This document shows, in pieces, positions 13,031-26,327 of a stretch of DNA of 64,000 nucleotides. Within the stretch, counting starts at the first letter, position 1; each line of letters opens with the position of its first letter. Source of the stretch: the human T2T-CHM13v2.0 reference genome, Homo sapiens. Where the stretch lies: NCBI RefSeq assembly GCF_009914755.1, contig NC_060936.1; one strand, written 5' to 3'. The position numbers and the translations under genes were made by a program. The notes under the pieces are model-generated. The model did not search any database and was not told the DNA's origin. It saw only the letters and a list, made by a program, of their open reading frames with translations.

Positions 13031-15977
13031 AAATCTACAAGCCACCAATAATATAGTCTTTGTCCTCGAGAAATTAAATGTTCACATGTGAAATTTTTAA
13101 AATTATGATTTAGTGTACTAAAAAGCCCCTGCCTTCAATATACATCAGGTATCAAGAAGATATTAAATTTAGTCTTAACCTAATCCCATTCCTTGAAATC
13201 TTTAAAGATTCCCTCCTATCTGTAACGGCCATTTGATATTAATAATATTCTCCTTGAAAATGACTGAGAAGAAAAAGTATATTAAAGCTAATGAGGTAGA
13301 AAATTTGTTTTCTCAGTATTTGAAGAGACAAAATATTATCTTTCGCCATGCCCAGAGGAAGTTTTCAGGCTATAAATCAGGATATTAGTTGGAGGTGTCA
13401 AATGAGTAAGTACAGATAAAGCAAACTGTTGAAAGTTGTTAAAATAACCCTACAACGTGTGTTTGTATTTGCATGCAGTATTATTTAGGTAGACTTTTAT
13501 GCATATGCAGAGCTTTTCTTTTCTACTCATTGAAATTTTTAGTATAAATTTTTGAAAAAATTATTGTAACATTTGATCCTGTCTGTTGCCATGCTCAAAC
13601 CAACTTACCTGACAATAGTTTTTAGCTAGAAAATATAATGTGGAAAAAATGTATTTAATAGAAAATATGATGTGGAAAATATAATGTGGAAAAAAATCAC
13701 ACACAATAGTTGACAAACCCAAAACATTTTGTTTTACGTACAAATGTCAGTGAGACAGAGGAAGAGGTATAATTTTCTATCGCTTTTGAGTGGATATACA
13801 TTATGCTCATGTATATCTAAGAGCTCTCACGTTTAGCTTTTATTTTGCCAAAGTCTCAAAGAAAACAAAATTATCATCAAGCATGCCTAATTTAGATACT
13901 GAAAGCCTGTCTGAAAGATGAGCACCTAATTCTCCATCATCTTCCTAAGAATTGCTTCCTTGCACTGTCTTCCACCAATGGCCACCCACTGTCAAGTCCA
14001 CTCTTTTCCCCTTGGTAAGTACAGTAAATATTTGTTATGCTTTACACAACAAACTGTACTTATCTATTTTCAGATTGTTTATTTTATTTATATAAACATA
14101 TAAACATATTTCCCTTGCTCAATTGACATATATTCCTATCTGTGAAAATAATTTGCATATTTTGAGTTGGGGAAAATGCATCATAGATTTCCCCATTAAA
14201 ATAGATTTTTTTTTCACTTAACAACTTCTCACTCAGCAATAGGAATTTAAGAAATAAATTACAACTATTAATTGAGGGTTAGATGTAAGTAACATAAGAC
14301 ATACTCAAGGTTTTAAAATTTTTCCTCACAAACACCGCTTTTCAGGAAATAAGTGGAGGTTGGGTTCCAGAAAGTAATGAGGATGCAAGCAAAGAAATAT
14401 GAGATTCAAGAAACAAGTGTTCCAACTCAGGAAGGGTGATAGGAATTCTCAAGATGATGTTGAAAAGGAAGTGCTAGAATAATTGTGGAGCAGGCCTGGC
14501 TAACATCTGGCCCAAATTAGAGCACTCTCCAAAACTGATGTCTTTAGGCTATGTTACTCATAAACTTATGTTTCTTGTCTTGGCCAGACTTTGCTGGCCT
14601 TAGTTAACTTCATTTCTTCCTGACTGCAGACTCAAGGGGCTCTTTCACATTCTCTGATTCTCTGTTGTCCCAGGAATCAATGCCTAACCTCTGCCGGGGG
14701 TCATCTTGCCCCTTTTAGTAGGCCCTATGGCAGGAGCTTTGCTCTCAACTCTCATCTATACCATTGAAATCTGGAAACCCGACTAAGAAAGTTAAGCCTA
14801 AGGGTCCCCTCTCTCCAGTCTCATAGAATATCAAGGAAATGTGGCCAAGCACTAGGTTGGTGCAAGAATAGCCCACAAGGTGAATTCTTTCTAGAGTCCT
14901 AAATAGGACATTGGGAACAGCCACATGCCCAGTGTAAGCTTCCTTTCTTAAATCACCTTTTCTTCTCTCTGAAACTATGCCTGGTAGGAAGTTGTCATAC
15001 ATGGAATCTTACACTTTCCTTTCTCATTATCTCTTTGCATTCTCCCGTGGATCTAGAAAATGAACATTTCCCCTGCTTTTCTTATGTCATATTTTCCTTC
15101 TGCCATTGAATAGCAGTAAATTTGTCCAGAGTCTTGCAGAAATGAAAGAAAAAAAATACTTTTTTAATAAAGAAAAGTAATAGCACACTTGGCTGCTTTT
15201 TTGTTATGGGTAAAGTAGTAGCTCTGTACTGTAGGGATCTCTGTGGACTGGCTTCTCCAAGCCTTTGATATTTTAGTGGAGGAAATGAAGCAATTTGGAT
15301 AATCTTTCTTGACTTGCTCTCTCAACTGTAGTCTTGCTTCTTGGCTACTTACTGCATACTTCTCATTTGCATATTAGTAGCTGAATCTAACTTTTTATAT
15401 TTCTCTAGTAACAAGTTCTGATCTCCTTCCTGTTAAATGGATACCTCACAATGACTTGAACAAATAAAAAGAGAAAAACTCAATAACTTTTCAGTTACTG
15501 CACCATATTATTGGTTTATATGAAGATTTTTCTTAATTAGCCTACTATAACATACACATATACACACACAGAAAGCACATATTTTGAGAAACTGTTACAC
15601 TTTTTTCTTGCTTCTGTCTTTGCCAAAGAATTTTTTTGTCTTTAATTTTTTTTTGCCAGCAACCTTTAACCATTTTAAAGAAGAACAAGATTATGTGACA
15701 AGAAACTAAAAATTATAGGACAATTAAAAAATATTTTATTTTCTAGTTTTAAAAAATGTGATATATAAGGAGAAAACTATAACAGCTTGAGTAAAACAAA
15801 TTCAGTGTATGTATAAGAGGGATGCTTGCCTAGCTGAATTATGTAGGGATAAGGCCCTTTGGGCATCAGGTGGGTAAGACACTGCTAGTTTGGCTGCCCA
15901 CGTTAACTTCTATTACAGTGTGAGGTTAATGAATGATGTTATTTTGGCTAAGACTATCAGGTTTAAGGATATATACT

Positions 15978-16210
15978 AATAATGACAGCTACTATTGAGT
16001 ATGGGCTAGACATTTTATGTACATCTATAATTAATTTTTTAACTTTTTAAACATTTCTAGATACATAGGTATTATTATCCCCATTTTTTGAATGAAGAAA
16101 TAAAGTCTCAATGAAGTTGAGCACAAATTTCCATGGTTAGTGCTGGGCCTGGGCTGGAATTTGAGCCTAGTTTTCTTGGGTAGACTCCAAAGACTGTGTT
16201 CTTCCTTTTA
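15978..16210 (-). mobile_element. MIR SINE
   Basis: aggtattattatccccattttttgaatgaagaaataaagtctca...gggctggaatttgagcctag...gactccaaagactgtgttctt. Confidence 0.75.
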
Positions 16211-16484
16211 TATATTAGAAAGCCCTCCATGATCTCCTGGGAAGGTTTTCTTTTCTACTCTACAACACTCACAGCTTTACCACCCTTATATCTATATTTC
16301 TGAAAAGACTTCAAAATTCTGAAGGTAACTCAATAGAATATACTTAGCATAGTTTACGGATATTGACATAAGCAAAGTATCAAGGATTGTAACTTATGGG
16401 TACCTGTAAGGGTGAAGTATAGGTTAGATGGCATTGTGCAGGGTCAAGTTTCACAGGAGAGGATATTCTGGGCAGGAAGAAAAG

Positions 16485-16771
<287 letters not shown>

Positions 16772-16794
16772 TAAAGACTTTCAAGACTGATAAG

Positions 16795-16948
16795 GGGTGG
16801 GAGGAGGGGGGAGGGATAGCTTTAGGAGATATACCTAATGCTAAATGACGAGTTAATGGGTGCAGCACACCAGCATGGCACATGTATACATATGTAACTA
16901 ACCTGCACATTGTGCACATGTACCCTAAAACTTAAAGTATAAAAAAAA
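16795..16948 (+). mobile_element. Severely 5'-truncated L1PA3-like 3' end
   Basis: gggatagctttaggagatatacctaatgctaaatgacgagttaatgggtgcagcacaccagcatggc...cttaaagtat plus poly-A. Perfect TSD aagactgataag at 16783-16794 and 16949-16960. Confidence 0.95.
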
Positions 16949-17593
16949 AAGACTGATAAGCCTCAATGGTGCACACGTTTATACAGTTAGTAAGCAAAAA
17001 ACAAACAAACAAACAAAAAACACAGTTGGTGTCTTGATTGCTACTTAGGCAATAACTAGAATGTGGCTGCTTCCCCTTTATTTCCTCATTTAAGTATCTA
17101 TTCATACAAGGCTGTGGCAGGTAGAACTTGTACTGAAGGCTTGGGAGTCATGGAGGAAGGATCTCATTAACTAATACTTAAATAACTTAACATTAAGTAA
17201 AAGATACCTCTGTTTTAAAAAGTCTTTGTGCCTACTCCACCTCATAAAACGTCTCAATGAGTTCCCCTCCATAGGTAATAGCCTGGCCCCTTAATATTTT
17301 CCAAACTCCATTTTCTCTTTTTCTCTCCTCATTCATCTCTTTTACTCACACCTCCTGTAGGAATGTGCCATTCACCCCATTGCATTTCAATTTCTTCTCT
17401 TTCTATCATGCAGAGCAATTAGAGCAATTTAGCTTTCTTCAGACTCTTCTCAATTCAACACTCTACAACCAATATTTTGTATCCTATATCCCTTATGGAT
17501 TTTGGACATGTGCATTTGTGGATTTGGATATATAAATCTCACAAGGGATTTAGCCATAAAAAGGGCATCAATTCTAGCAGTCTTCATACTCTT

Positions 17594-17871
17594 CTTCTTA
17601 AAATTTTATTTTAAAAATTATTTCATTATTTTAAAAATATTTTTAACTGACACATAATTGTACATATTTATGGGGTACATTATAGGTATGATGTTTTGAC
17701 ACATATAATGCATAGTGATCAGATCAGGGTAATTAGCATATCCATCTCTGCAAACATTTGTCATTTCTTTGTGTTAGAAACATTCAATATCATCCTTCCA
17801 GCTATTTGAAACTATGTAATATATATACTATACTCATCCTGTAGTGGTATAGAACTATAGAACCTATACTT
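17594..17871 (-). mobile_element. L1MA-type 3' end (L1MA4/5-like), 5'-truncated
   Basis: ataattgtacatatttatggggtaca...gatcagatcagggtaattagcatatccatc...tttgtgttagaaacattcaa. TSD ttcatactctt at 17583-17593 and 17872-17882. Confidence 0.88.
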
Positions 17872-19399
17872 TTCATACTCTTGATCATGCATCACTACCA
17901 GCAAGAAAGTTTGGCGTATAAATTTTATACATATAATATCAACTCATGTTTTAAATATGAATAAACTTTCTTTCTTTCTTTTTGAAAGACATACAATTAA
18001 CAGAAGTGTAATTATTCCTCTATGATTATCATGTTTTGCAGACTACTGATTTACCAAAACTTTATCAACAGAAAGGGCCTGGAAAGACCTAAGATTATCT
18101 TTACTTTTTAATAAGAAAACAAAAAGACTTTTCACAAAGGAAGTACATACCTTTTATTCAGCAAATAACATTTTAGGTAAACAGTAAGCAATTGATAGAA
18201 AAGAACATAGGAAGAGATATTTTTCTTTTAATATTTATTAGAATGATATTCTTATCAGAAGGACTTATGAAAATGCTTAAGGATGCAATGCATTCTATCT
18301 ATGTTACTAAGGGAAAATATATCCAGTTTTCTCACTAACAATAAAAACATTGACTTTTATCTAGTTTGGCTTGACTTGATATTGAAATACATATTTCAAA
18401 AGAAGAAATTGTGTTTTTCATTATTTGTCCTATGACATAAAAATAGTTGGCTATGAAACATAATTTTTCCAGTTATTCTCAAGCATCTTTTTAATGAATA
18501 CCTTTCTTCATTTTGCTCCTCTCAAGGATATCTAATCATGAGTCTGAGTCAGAGTCTATTTGAACCAAATTAAAGACTTATTTCTCTAAAATGTATCTTT
18601 AACATATTTATTCCAAAGAAATAACTATAACCCCAAACCTTGCACTCAAAATATGATATACATTTTTTTCCAGATACCACCAAAATTTATTTTTAAAATC
18701 TGTAGATTACATTTAGAAAAGTACATAAATTCAAATAACCTGTTAATTTTTAAAACATTTTCCATAGCAACACCATCCTGAGAAACCAGTCAATTCTTTC
18801 AATTAATTTCCTTCAAAGATTATTTTATCCTCACCAATTGGTTGTTTTAATTTTATTACATCTTATTTGGTTTTATGGAGACAATCATAATCTTTATTTC
18901 AAAAGATAATCTAAGACAAATTCTCATTCTATGGGCCACAAGGCAAAAATAATAGAGATAATTTTCAATAACAACACATCCTCAAAAATACTGGGAAAAA
19001 TAATCTGTAAGCTGTGTTAAAATATGGCACTAAATATCAAATGATAAGTTTTAAAATAAATCATTGCTTTCCACACTATGTTTGAAAACTGCAAGAAAGT
19101 GTTGCAGTCATATTATGAACTCATAATAGAAAAATAGTTTTTCTTTCAAGCAAAATCATCAATTCTCAAAAGATAAAATCAAAAAATATTTTCCCAAGCC
19201 AAACACATGAAAGGAAAAAAGTATTGTGCAATTAATGGACATCTTTTCACCAGACCTGTTCTAATCAAATTATATCTGTAAAACTTACTTTTAAATAATG
19301 ACTTTAAAAAAGATGTTTTAGAAAATGTGGCACAATGATATTCATAGTAAATACAGCCAAGGGAGTTGGTTTATATCTTAGCCAACTTTATCAAAGTTA

Positions 19400-19545
19400 C
19401 TGTTTGCTCAACCCTGTTGTCACTATAATTATCTGGGGAGCTTTTTAAAAAATTATAGACCAATCAAATAATAATCTCTGAGGGTGATTCTGGACTTTGT
19501 TATTTTGTTAATGATCCTCATGGGCATTAAGAATTGAGAACATTT
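19400..19545. mobile_element. MER5-type hAT MITE, decayed
   Basis: tgctcaaccctg...atctggggagctttttaaaaaa...gaccaatcaaataataatctctgagggtg...ttgagaaca follows the MER5A layout. Confidence 0.55.
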
Positions 19546-19555
19546 AATCTAAATG

Positions 19556-19770
19556 AATAATAGTAACTGATTATAATAACCACTCTCATTTGTTGAATGC
19601 TCCGTGCCAGATACTGTGTTACGTGTTTAACATACATCGTGTGACTTAACCCTTACAGTAAAAATTGTATTGCTTTACATGTTAGAAAACTTAAGCAAAT
19701 CCCCTATTATTCAGTGGCAGTGCCAAGACTCAGACCCCAAGCTGTCTTTCTGTAAAACACCATTTTCCTC
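19556..19770 (-). mobile_element. MIR SINE
   Basis: catttgttgaatgctccgtgccagatactgtgttacgtgttt...cagtggcagtgccaagactcagaccccaagctgtct. Confidence 0.65.
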
Positions 19771-19984
19771 ACAATGTCCCTCAAGCACCTTTTCCTCTCT
19801 TCCAACTGTAACTGAAGGCAAGTAAAGGATTAAGCAGACATGGGATCAGTCAGCAACCAGCTAGAGAAAAAGCATTTTCTTAGCTCTTCAGAGAAATTCG
19901 GGACAACAACCACCCTTCCCCCACAACCCACACAAACGTATTCGAATACTTTTGAAATATTTTGCATGCAGTCCTCAATTTGGA

Positions 19985-20403
19985 TGTAGTAGGCAGAATA
20001 ATAGTCCCCAAATATGTCCACATCCTAATCCCTATAATATGGATATACTTTACATGGTAAAAGAGACTTTGCAGATGTGATTGAGTTAAAATCTCGAAAA
20101 GGGAAATTATTCTGAGTGGGCCAATCTAATCACAAAATTTCTTATAAGACGGAGTCAGAGAACACGTGATGGCAGAGGTAGAGTTTGGAGTGATTCAGAG
20201 ACATAACTCAAGCAATAAGCATAGCCTTTAAATGCTGGAAAAGGCAAGGAAATGAATTTGTCTATAGAGTTTTCAGAAGAAATGCAGCCCTGCTAGCTCA
20301 TTTTGAACTTCTGATCTCCAGAATTGTAAGATAATACATTTGTGTTTTTTCTAGCCACTAAACTTGTGATAATTTTTTACAACAGCAATGGGAAACTAAT
20401 ACA
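19985..20403 (+). mobile_element. MaLR solo LTR, MLT1D-like
   Basis: tgtagtaggcagaataatagtccccaaatatgtccacatcctaatccc...gactttgcagatgtgatt...acagcaatgggaaactaataca with TG..CA ends. Confidence 0.88.
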
Positions 20404-20544
20404 GAAGATATTCCATTTGCATTCAAAATCATAAAATTATGTAAAACTCTACCCACTGAGTCAGTCTGGTCATGGTAAAGGATACTCCAATTATAGCACT
20501 GTTTAATGATTGTTGCAAAACAGAAACTACAATTCATAGATCGC

Positions 20545-21910
20545 ACTGATTGGCAAGATATTTGCAAAACAGAGGGAGAGAGATAAACCACAAAAATTCA
20601 GGAGTCTGCCACCTCAGTGATGTTTCTGGAGTCCAGTGGTTTGAAGCCTATGAACATATCTCTTCAAAGGTAAAAGACACATTGCTGCACCTTTCACCAC
20701 CCCCACTAACAGAGGCTCAATGTTTGGTGGCCTTTATGGATTTTGGAGATAGCATATACCTTATATAACCCATGAGGCTTCTGGTTTTGATAGGGACCAA
20801 AGCAAGAGAAGGCTCTGTAGCAAGTTAAGTCTTCAGTACACACTTCTCTGCCAACTGGGCCTCATGATCTAGCAAATCCAATAGTACACAGTGCAGTGTG
20901 GATCCTCTTGTGAGCACCAACAGGAGAATCTCAGGCCTCTAGAATTTTGAGGTAAACTCATGCCTTCTTCTGCAGATAACTATTCCTCTCCAGAAAATCA
21001 ATCCTGGAGTGATCCTGGGTCCTGGTAGAGACTACATGCCTAGTTGTGGGACATCAAGTGACCGTATGATGTGAGCTTTCCATTTTGTATTGGGTGTTTT
21101 TTGGCCCGTTAGGACATGAGGTTGGGTGTGCACAGCAACAACCTATCATCAAATGGAAATTTTATGTGGGCTCAGGCTCCTTTGTCACTGGCTCCAGCTG
21201 CATTGTCTTTTCTATCTCAATACACCCCTGTGACCTTATAGGGTGCTCCTTATGACCAGTTGACTGAAAAGGGAAAAACTCTGATGGTTCTGCATAATTT
21301 TGCTAGCAACAACCACAAGTGGATGGCTGTAGCATGACAGTCTCTCTCAGGTGTGGCCCTGAGTGAAAGAGTAAATGGAAATCATCCCAGTTATATCTTC
21401 ATCCTAGACAGGACATTGAGTGGAAGACTTTATTGTCCATCTTATCTGGACAAAGAGATGACCAGAAGAATGAATCTACATTGATTTCTGGGCAATCGCT
21501 GATGGTTTGGTTTTTCGGTCAGAGATAAGAAGAACAGCACTGGAAGGTTGCTGGCAAGGTAATCTGATAGAAGATATAAATGAATGGACTTACACAATTT
21601 GGCATCTAGTGTAAAAATAATTGTGTCTCATGTGAATGCTCACCAAATGGCACGTACTGTAGATGACATCTACTGTAGAAGAGTGTCAGTAATTAGGTGA
21701 ATGAAATGACATGGTCTCCAAATGTTAAATGCCTCTTTCTCCAGCCACCCCAGTGCTTGCTCAAGGAACTCATTGCAAAGTGGCTATGGTGAATAGAGGC
21801 TAAACGTGGGCTCAATAACTTAAACTTCATTTCACAAATATTGACCTGACTACTGTTTCTGTTAGTTTCTACCTATCAACTACAAACAAAACTACCATGT
21901 TCTTGATATG
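20545..21910 (+). mobile_element. ERVL-class internal fragment: decayed pol (RT end, RNase H, start of integrase)
   Basis: ORF 20550-20768 reads HISSKVKDTLLHLSPP..EAQCLV, like ERVL IPSKVKDKLLHLAPPTTKKEAQRLV. Downstream in order: gatggttctgca (DGSA), atctacattgatttctgggca (YTDSWA-like), gtgtctcatgtgaatgctcac (VSHVNAH), tgggctcaa (WAQ). Many stops and frameshifts. Confidence 0.88.
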
Positions 21911-21939
21911 GTCATATCTATATCTATAATAAAGGATCT

Positions 21940-22590
21940 CAGTCTATTAGTAGATATTGGTTTTATAATTTTTTCACACTATGACTGGCCTAATAATTTT
22001 CTTTATGTTGTCTTTTTATATGTAGATATTTTTATTTTGATAAAATCTAAAGTAACTTTTTTTTTTCTTAAAGCTATTCCTTTCTTTATCCAAGAAACAT
22101 TTGGCTACCCTCAGGTCACAGAAATATTTATTTCTATATTACCTTATAGGAATTTTATAATTTTGGATTTTACATTTAGGTGTATGATTCACCTCCAAGT
22201 AATTTTTGTGTATGGTATAAGTTAGGGGTCAGAATTCATTGTTTTTATATGAATTTCTAGTGGTAGGACCACTTGCTAAAAAAAATTTAGTTTCTCATTG
22301 GATCGCTGTGGAGCCTTTATTGAAAACAAAACCAAACAAAAACCCTGAATAAATATCCGTTGATTACTGATCTATTTGTTGAACCTTATGCCAGGCTTAC
22401 ACTGACTCATTACTATAGTTGTAGAGTAAATCTTGAAATCAGATGGTATAAGCCCTCCAACTTTAGTCTTCTTTCTTATGACTGTGTTGGACATTCTGAG
22501 TTCTTCACATTTACATACATATTTTCAAATTAGATTGTCAATTTTGACAGAAAAAGCCTGCTGAAATTAAAATTGCAACTGATGTTATCT
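21940..22590 (-). mobile_element. Ancient L1 (L1M) ORF2 fragment
   Basis: ttttacatttaggtgtatgattcacctccaagtaatttttgtgtatggtataag...gtaaatcttgaaatcag...ctccaacttt is typical antisense L1 ORF2. Confidence 0.8.
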
Positions 22591-23699
22591 GTCCTTGATG
22601 TTTTGTTAGTGAATGAGGAGTGCCCTATTTTTCCCAATACGAGTAACTATTTCATTACTAAATGTTACAAGACTTTAACTGTTAAATTAAACTTCAATGC
22701 TGATTCAGTACCTTCCTTATATTGTCATCCTTTTTGTCTGCTGAGGATGTCACTGATGGTGTTGCCTTCTGTGTGTGGCCCAGGCTGAAAATATCAGTGT
22801 AATCCTAAAGTAATTCTTTATCTTCTGCTTCTTGCCAAAAATATCATAGTTTCCATGCAAACAAACAACAGGAAAAACACTACACAGAGGAAACTATAAT
22901 AAATGTGCTAGAAACAAATGTTTATAAATACAGAAAAAGAAAACCTTGTTTCTGGCCAATCTAGTGGTCACCATGTGCTGATGATCATTGGCACTTGTCC
23001 ATAAGTGAGTTAGGTTTTAATAAGCAGCTTCAATTAGGGCACTTCAGACTACAACCATGCCAGTAAAAGACTTCAGGACTCCCTGTGGTCAATTTGACAT
23101 TGTTTAATCACAATATGTTCTTTTATATTTACAAGGACTGTAAAGATGAACTCCTTTAACAATTTAGTCACAAGCCCTTTGAAACCCCTTATCAGGCACT
23201 CGGACCTTGATTTATCCAGCAAGGTGCTTCAGTAGCTGCTCACGGTTTTTTGTTTGTTTGTTTGTTTGTATCTTAAAGTTGATCTGTTTCCTAATGAATC
23301 ATAGTGCTTTAAAATATAGTCTAAAAACTTGATCCAGACATATAATCTGCTTCATAAAACAATTCATAATTTATTACCCAAACTGTAGAAAGGCATCAAA
23401 TTCTGAGAGTTGCTTAAAGAGCCCTTACAGAAGGGAAGTCTGTTTAATTTAAGTGAGTGGATATTTTCTGAGTTTTTTTGGCTCAACATAATCTACAGAG
23501 GACTTTGAAAATAAAACGTACATGGAGCATGATCTAAGAGACCAAAAATAAATGAACTGAACGTAGAATTTTTATGGCTAAAAAATGTTGTCTGTTGCAG
23601 CTGCTGGTATATTCCATAGTCACTGTGTGGTGAAACTGGCTGTGTGTGCGTGGTTCCACCAAACCCATATTTAACCTGTGGCTACTCAGTTTTAGACTT

Positions 23700-23990
23700 G
23701 TATTAAGCCCTGGGGATGAGCATACTAATAAAAAGCTGTCCATGCCTTAGATAATTTCACAGCCTAGTGGGAAAGGAATATGTAACAACTAATTCTAGTA
23801 ATAAAATGTGACAGAGTTATGTACAAAGTGTTCTGAGAGTCCTTCTACAGAACAATGAGTACTGCTTGCCAGAGAAGGTGTGTATATTTGCAGGAAGAGG
23901 ACAAAGAGATTGACCAAAGAGGTGGTATTTGAAATAGATTTTAAAGAAATGAGTAGGAGTGGCTAGTAAGTCTAAAATAGGAGACAACAT
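23700..23990 (-). mobile_element. L2 fragment
   Basis: agccctggggatg...gtccatgccttagataatttcacagcctagtggg...gtacaaagtgttctgagag...gaggtggtatttgaaatagattttaaag. Confidence 0.55.
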
Positions 23991-24470
23991 ATGCACCTTA
24001 AGTCTAGAATAAATTTTAGGATGTGTAAGTTCTCAGTACTACCACTGACTTAGTTAATACCTTGTTAAAATACTTTTTAAAAATCTATATTCTGAATCTG
24101 TATCTTTTAGGATTACATTAAGTTGTGGTAATTAATATTGCCACTGATTATTCCTTCTGTTACAGTTTTGATCAGGAAATCAGAAATTCTGTCATTGATA
24201 AAGGAGGCAAATAAACATTTTAGCTTATTGGCAATCAGAATTATTGCAAAAGGTTTTCTTTTATCCACCAAATGGTAGTTGATTCTATGAAAGAATTGCT
24301 GCCCAGGAACTGTCTGCACATCTCAGTAGGAAATCAGTTATACTGAAGCACCGTTAAGAGACTCTGTGCTTCCCTAGCCAATCTATGCTCTGAATGTTGC
24401 TAGAGGTGGTTTTGCATGTTTTGAATTACATAATTGTCCTTCATGAAAGTTAAAAGAGCTATTTTACTTG

Positions 24471-24756
24471 ACGCTTATAATCCAAGCACTGTAGGAGGCT
24501 GGGACAGGCGGGCTGCTTGAGCCCAGGAGTTCAAGACCAGCCTAGACAGCATGATGAAACCCCATCTCCATGAAAAAACACATAACTTAGCCAGGTGTGA
24601 TGGTGCACACCTGTAGTCCCAGCTACTTGGAGGCTGAGGTGGGAGGATTGCTTGAGCACAGGAGGTCAAGACTGTAGTAAGCTGTGATCACATCACTGCA
24701 CTCCATCCTGGGTGACAGAGCAAGACACTGTCTTAAAAAAAAAAAAAGAAAAAAAA
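24471..24756 (+). mobile_element. AluJ, slightly 5'-truncated
   Basis: Starts acgcttataatccaagcac; J-type gcttgagcccaggagttcaag and gggaggattgcttgag; A-rich tail. Confidence 0.95.
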
Positions 24757-25973
24757 GAAGAATATCTTACGAATAACTAAATACACAATAAAACTTAAAA
24801 AAAAATACATTACTATATAATAACCCTAAGAATAACTATTAATAGAACCTGCTCTAGGAGCCTCTGTCCTGGATTCTCTGGTGAAACCCTTAGGCGTGTG
24901 TGACCAGGAAAAATCTCTAAAGAGATTGGCCTAGTTCTATTTGGTTTTCCTTTTTATACTATCATTTAATTCTCTTCTTTGCCTTTTGAGTTTGGGCCCT
25001 TCCTTGTCTAAAGTGGAATAGCCACTCTCCTTGTAGCAAGGCTTTAAATACGATTATTCAGTACTCTCAATGTCCCTATCAGGAATTGTTTAGCATTCAG
25101 ACCAAAACAGAGAGTTGGCATTATGTGTTCCTCAGCAACATTTATCGCAGCAACAAAGACAAAATCAAGATTCTCTCTATTCTGTAAAACCTTGACGGTA
25201 TCTTTCATCAACCAAAAATTTCTTTTGAGGATGTCTACCCTATCTCTTTTTTATTTTGGTTCAAAAAGCCATGGCTAAGATTTTCTCAAACACTTTCGAT
25301 TTCCTATTACTTTCATACCGTCATCAGGGAGAGGTAAAATATATGAAGTGGGTGCTTAATGGAACACAATGAGGCCACCATAGTGGGTAGAGTTTTAGAA
25401 TGAAAGAAAAGGAAGTCATAATTTCCTTTCTCCTTATGGTTTATCTCTCCTGATGGAATATTATGATTGGATAGGTAAGGCCTTCTTGAGAAAACTTATG
25501 TGACAGAGAACCAGTACCTCCACACAGGGTGAACAACAGTCTGGCAGATCCTCAGCTCTAGATGGCCATTTGGAACCAGAAGGAAAAGGGATCAAGGAGA
25601 GTTAGGCTAACTGTGAACTAGAATTTAAGGAATAGATATTAAAATGAGAGGGATCTTTGATGTCTATGACTTTTCTATCCAAGTTTATTATGGTAGGAAT
25701 TTGGAGGATAAGCCCTAGTGTGAAACACTGTACACACAGTATCTCAAAGAAATGATCCTTTATCAACTTGTTTACATAAATTATTCTCTGTCTCCACCCC
25801 TGCTCCCCCAATCATTTTATAGACAATAGATACATAGTTTGTATTCATTGACAATATTCCAAATATAGAGAATGCCTCCTCAGGACAAGCTAAATGGATT
25901 CCATCTCTGTCTTTTCTTACTAGTGCCCTTTCTTAAGGCTTTGGAAATCTATTAGCACATTTTGGAGCTATGT

Positions 25974-26327
25974 TGATATGGTTTGGCTGTGTCCCCACCT
26001 AAATCTTATCTTGAATTGTAGCTCCTATAATTCTCATGTGTTGAGAGAGGGACCTGGTGGGAGATAATTGAATCATGTGGGTGGATTACCCCATACTGTT
26101 CTAGTGGTAGTGAATAAGTCTCAGGAGATTTCCTGGTTTTATAAGGGTTTCCCCTTCTGCTTGTCTCTCATTCTCTCTTGCCTGCTGCCATGTAAGATGT
26201 GCCTTCTGCCATGATTGTGAGGCCTCCCCAGCCACATGGAACTGTGAGTCCATTAAACCTCTTTTTCTTTATAAATTATCCAGTCTCAAGTATGTCAGTA
26301 TCAGCAGCATGAAAACGGACTAATACA
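25974..26327 (+). mobile_element. THE1 (THE1C-like) MaLR solo LTR
   Basis: tgatatggtttggctgtgtccccac...ggagataattgaatcatg...gaactgtgagtccattaaacctc...gaaaacggactaataca, 354 bp. Confidence 0.95.

Noticed and set aside
14545-15060. Relatively GC-richer block resembling an ancient LTR or exon
   Set aside because: I could not assign a family or find termini; similar unassigned blocks lie at ~940-1990, ~41420-41620 and ~45510-45980. A Dfam search is needed.
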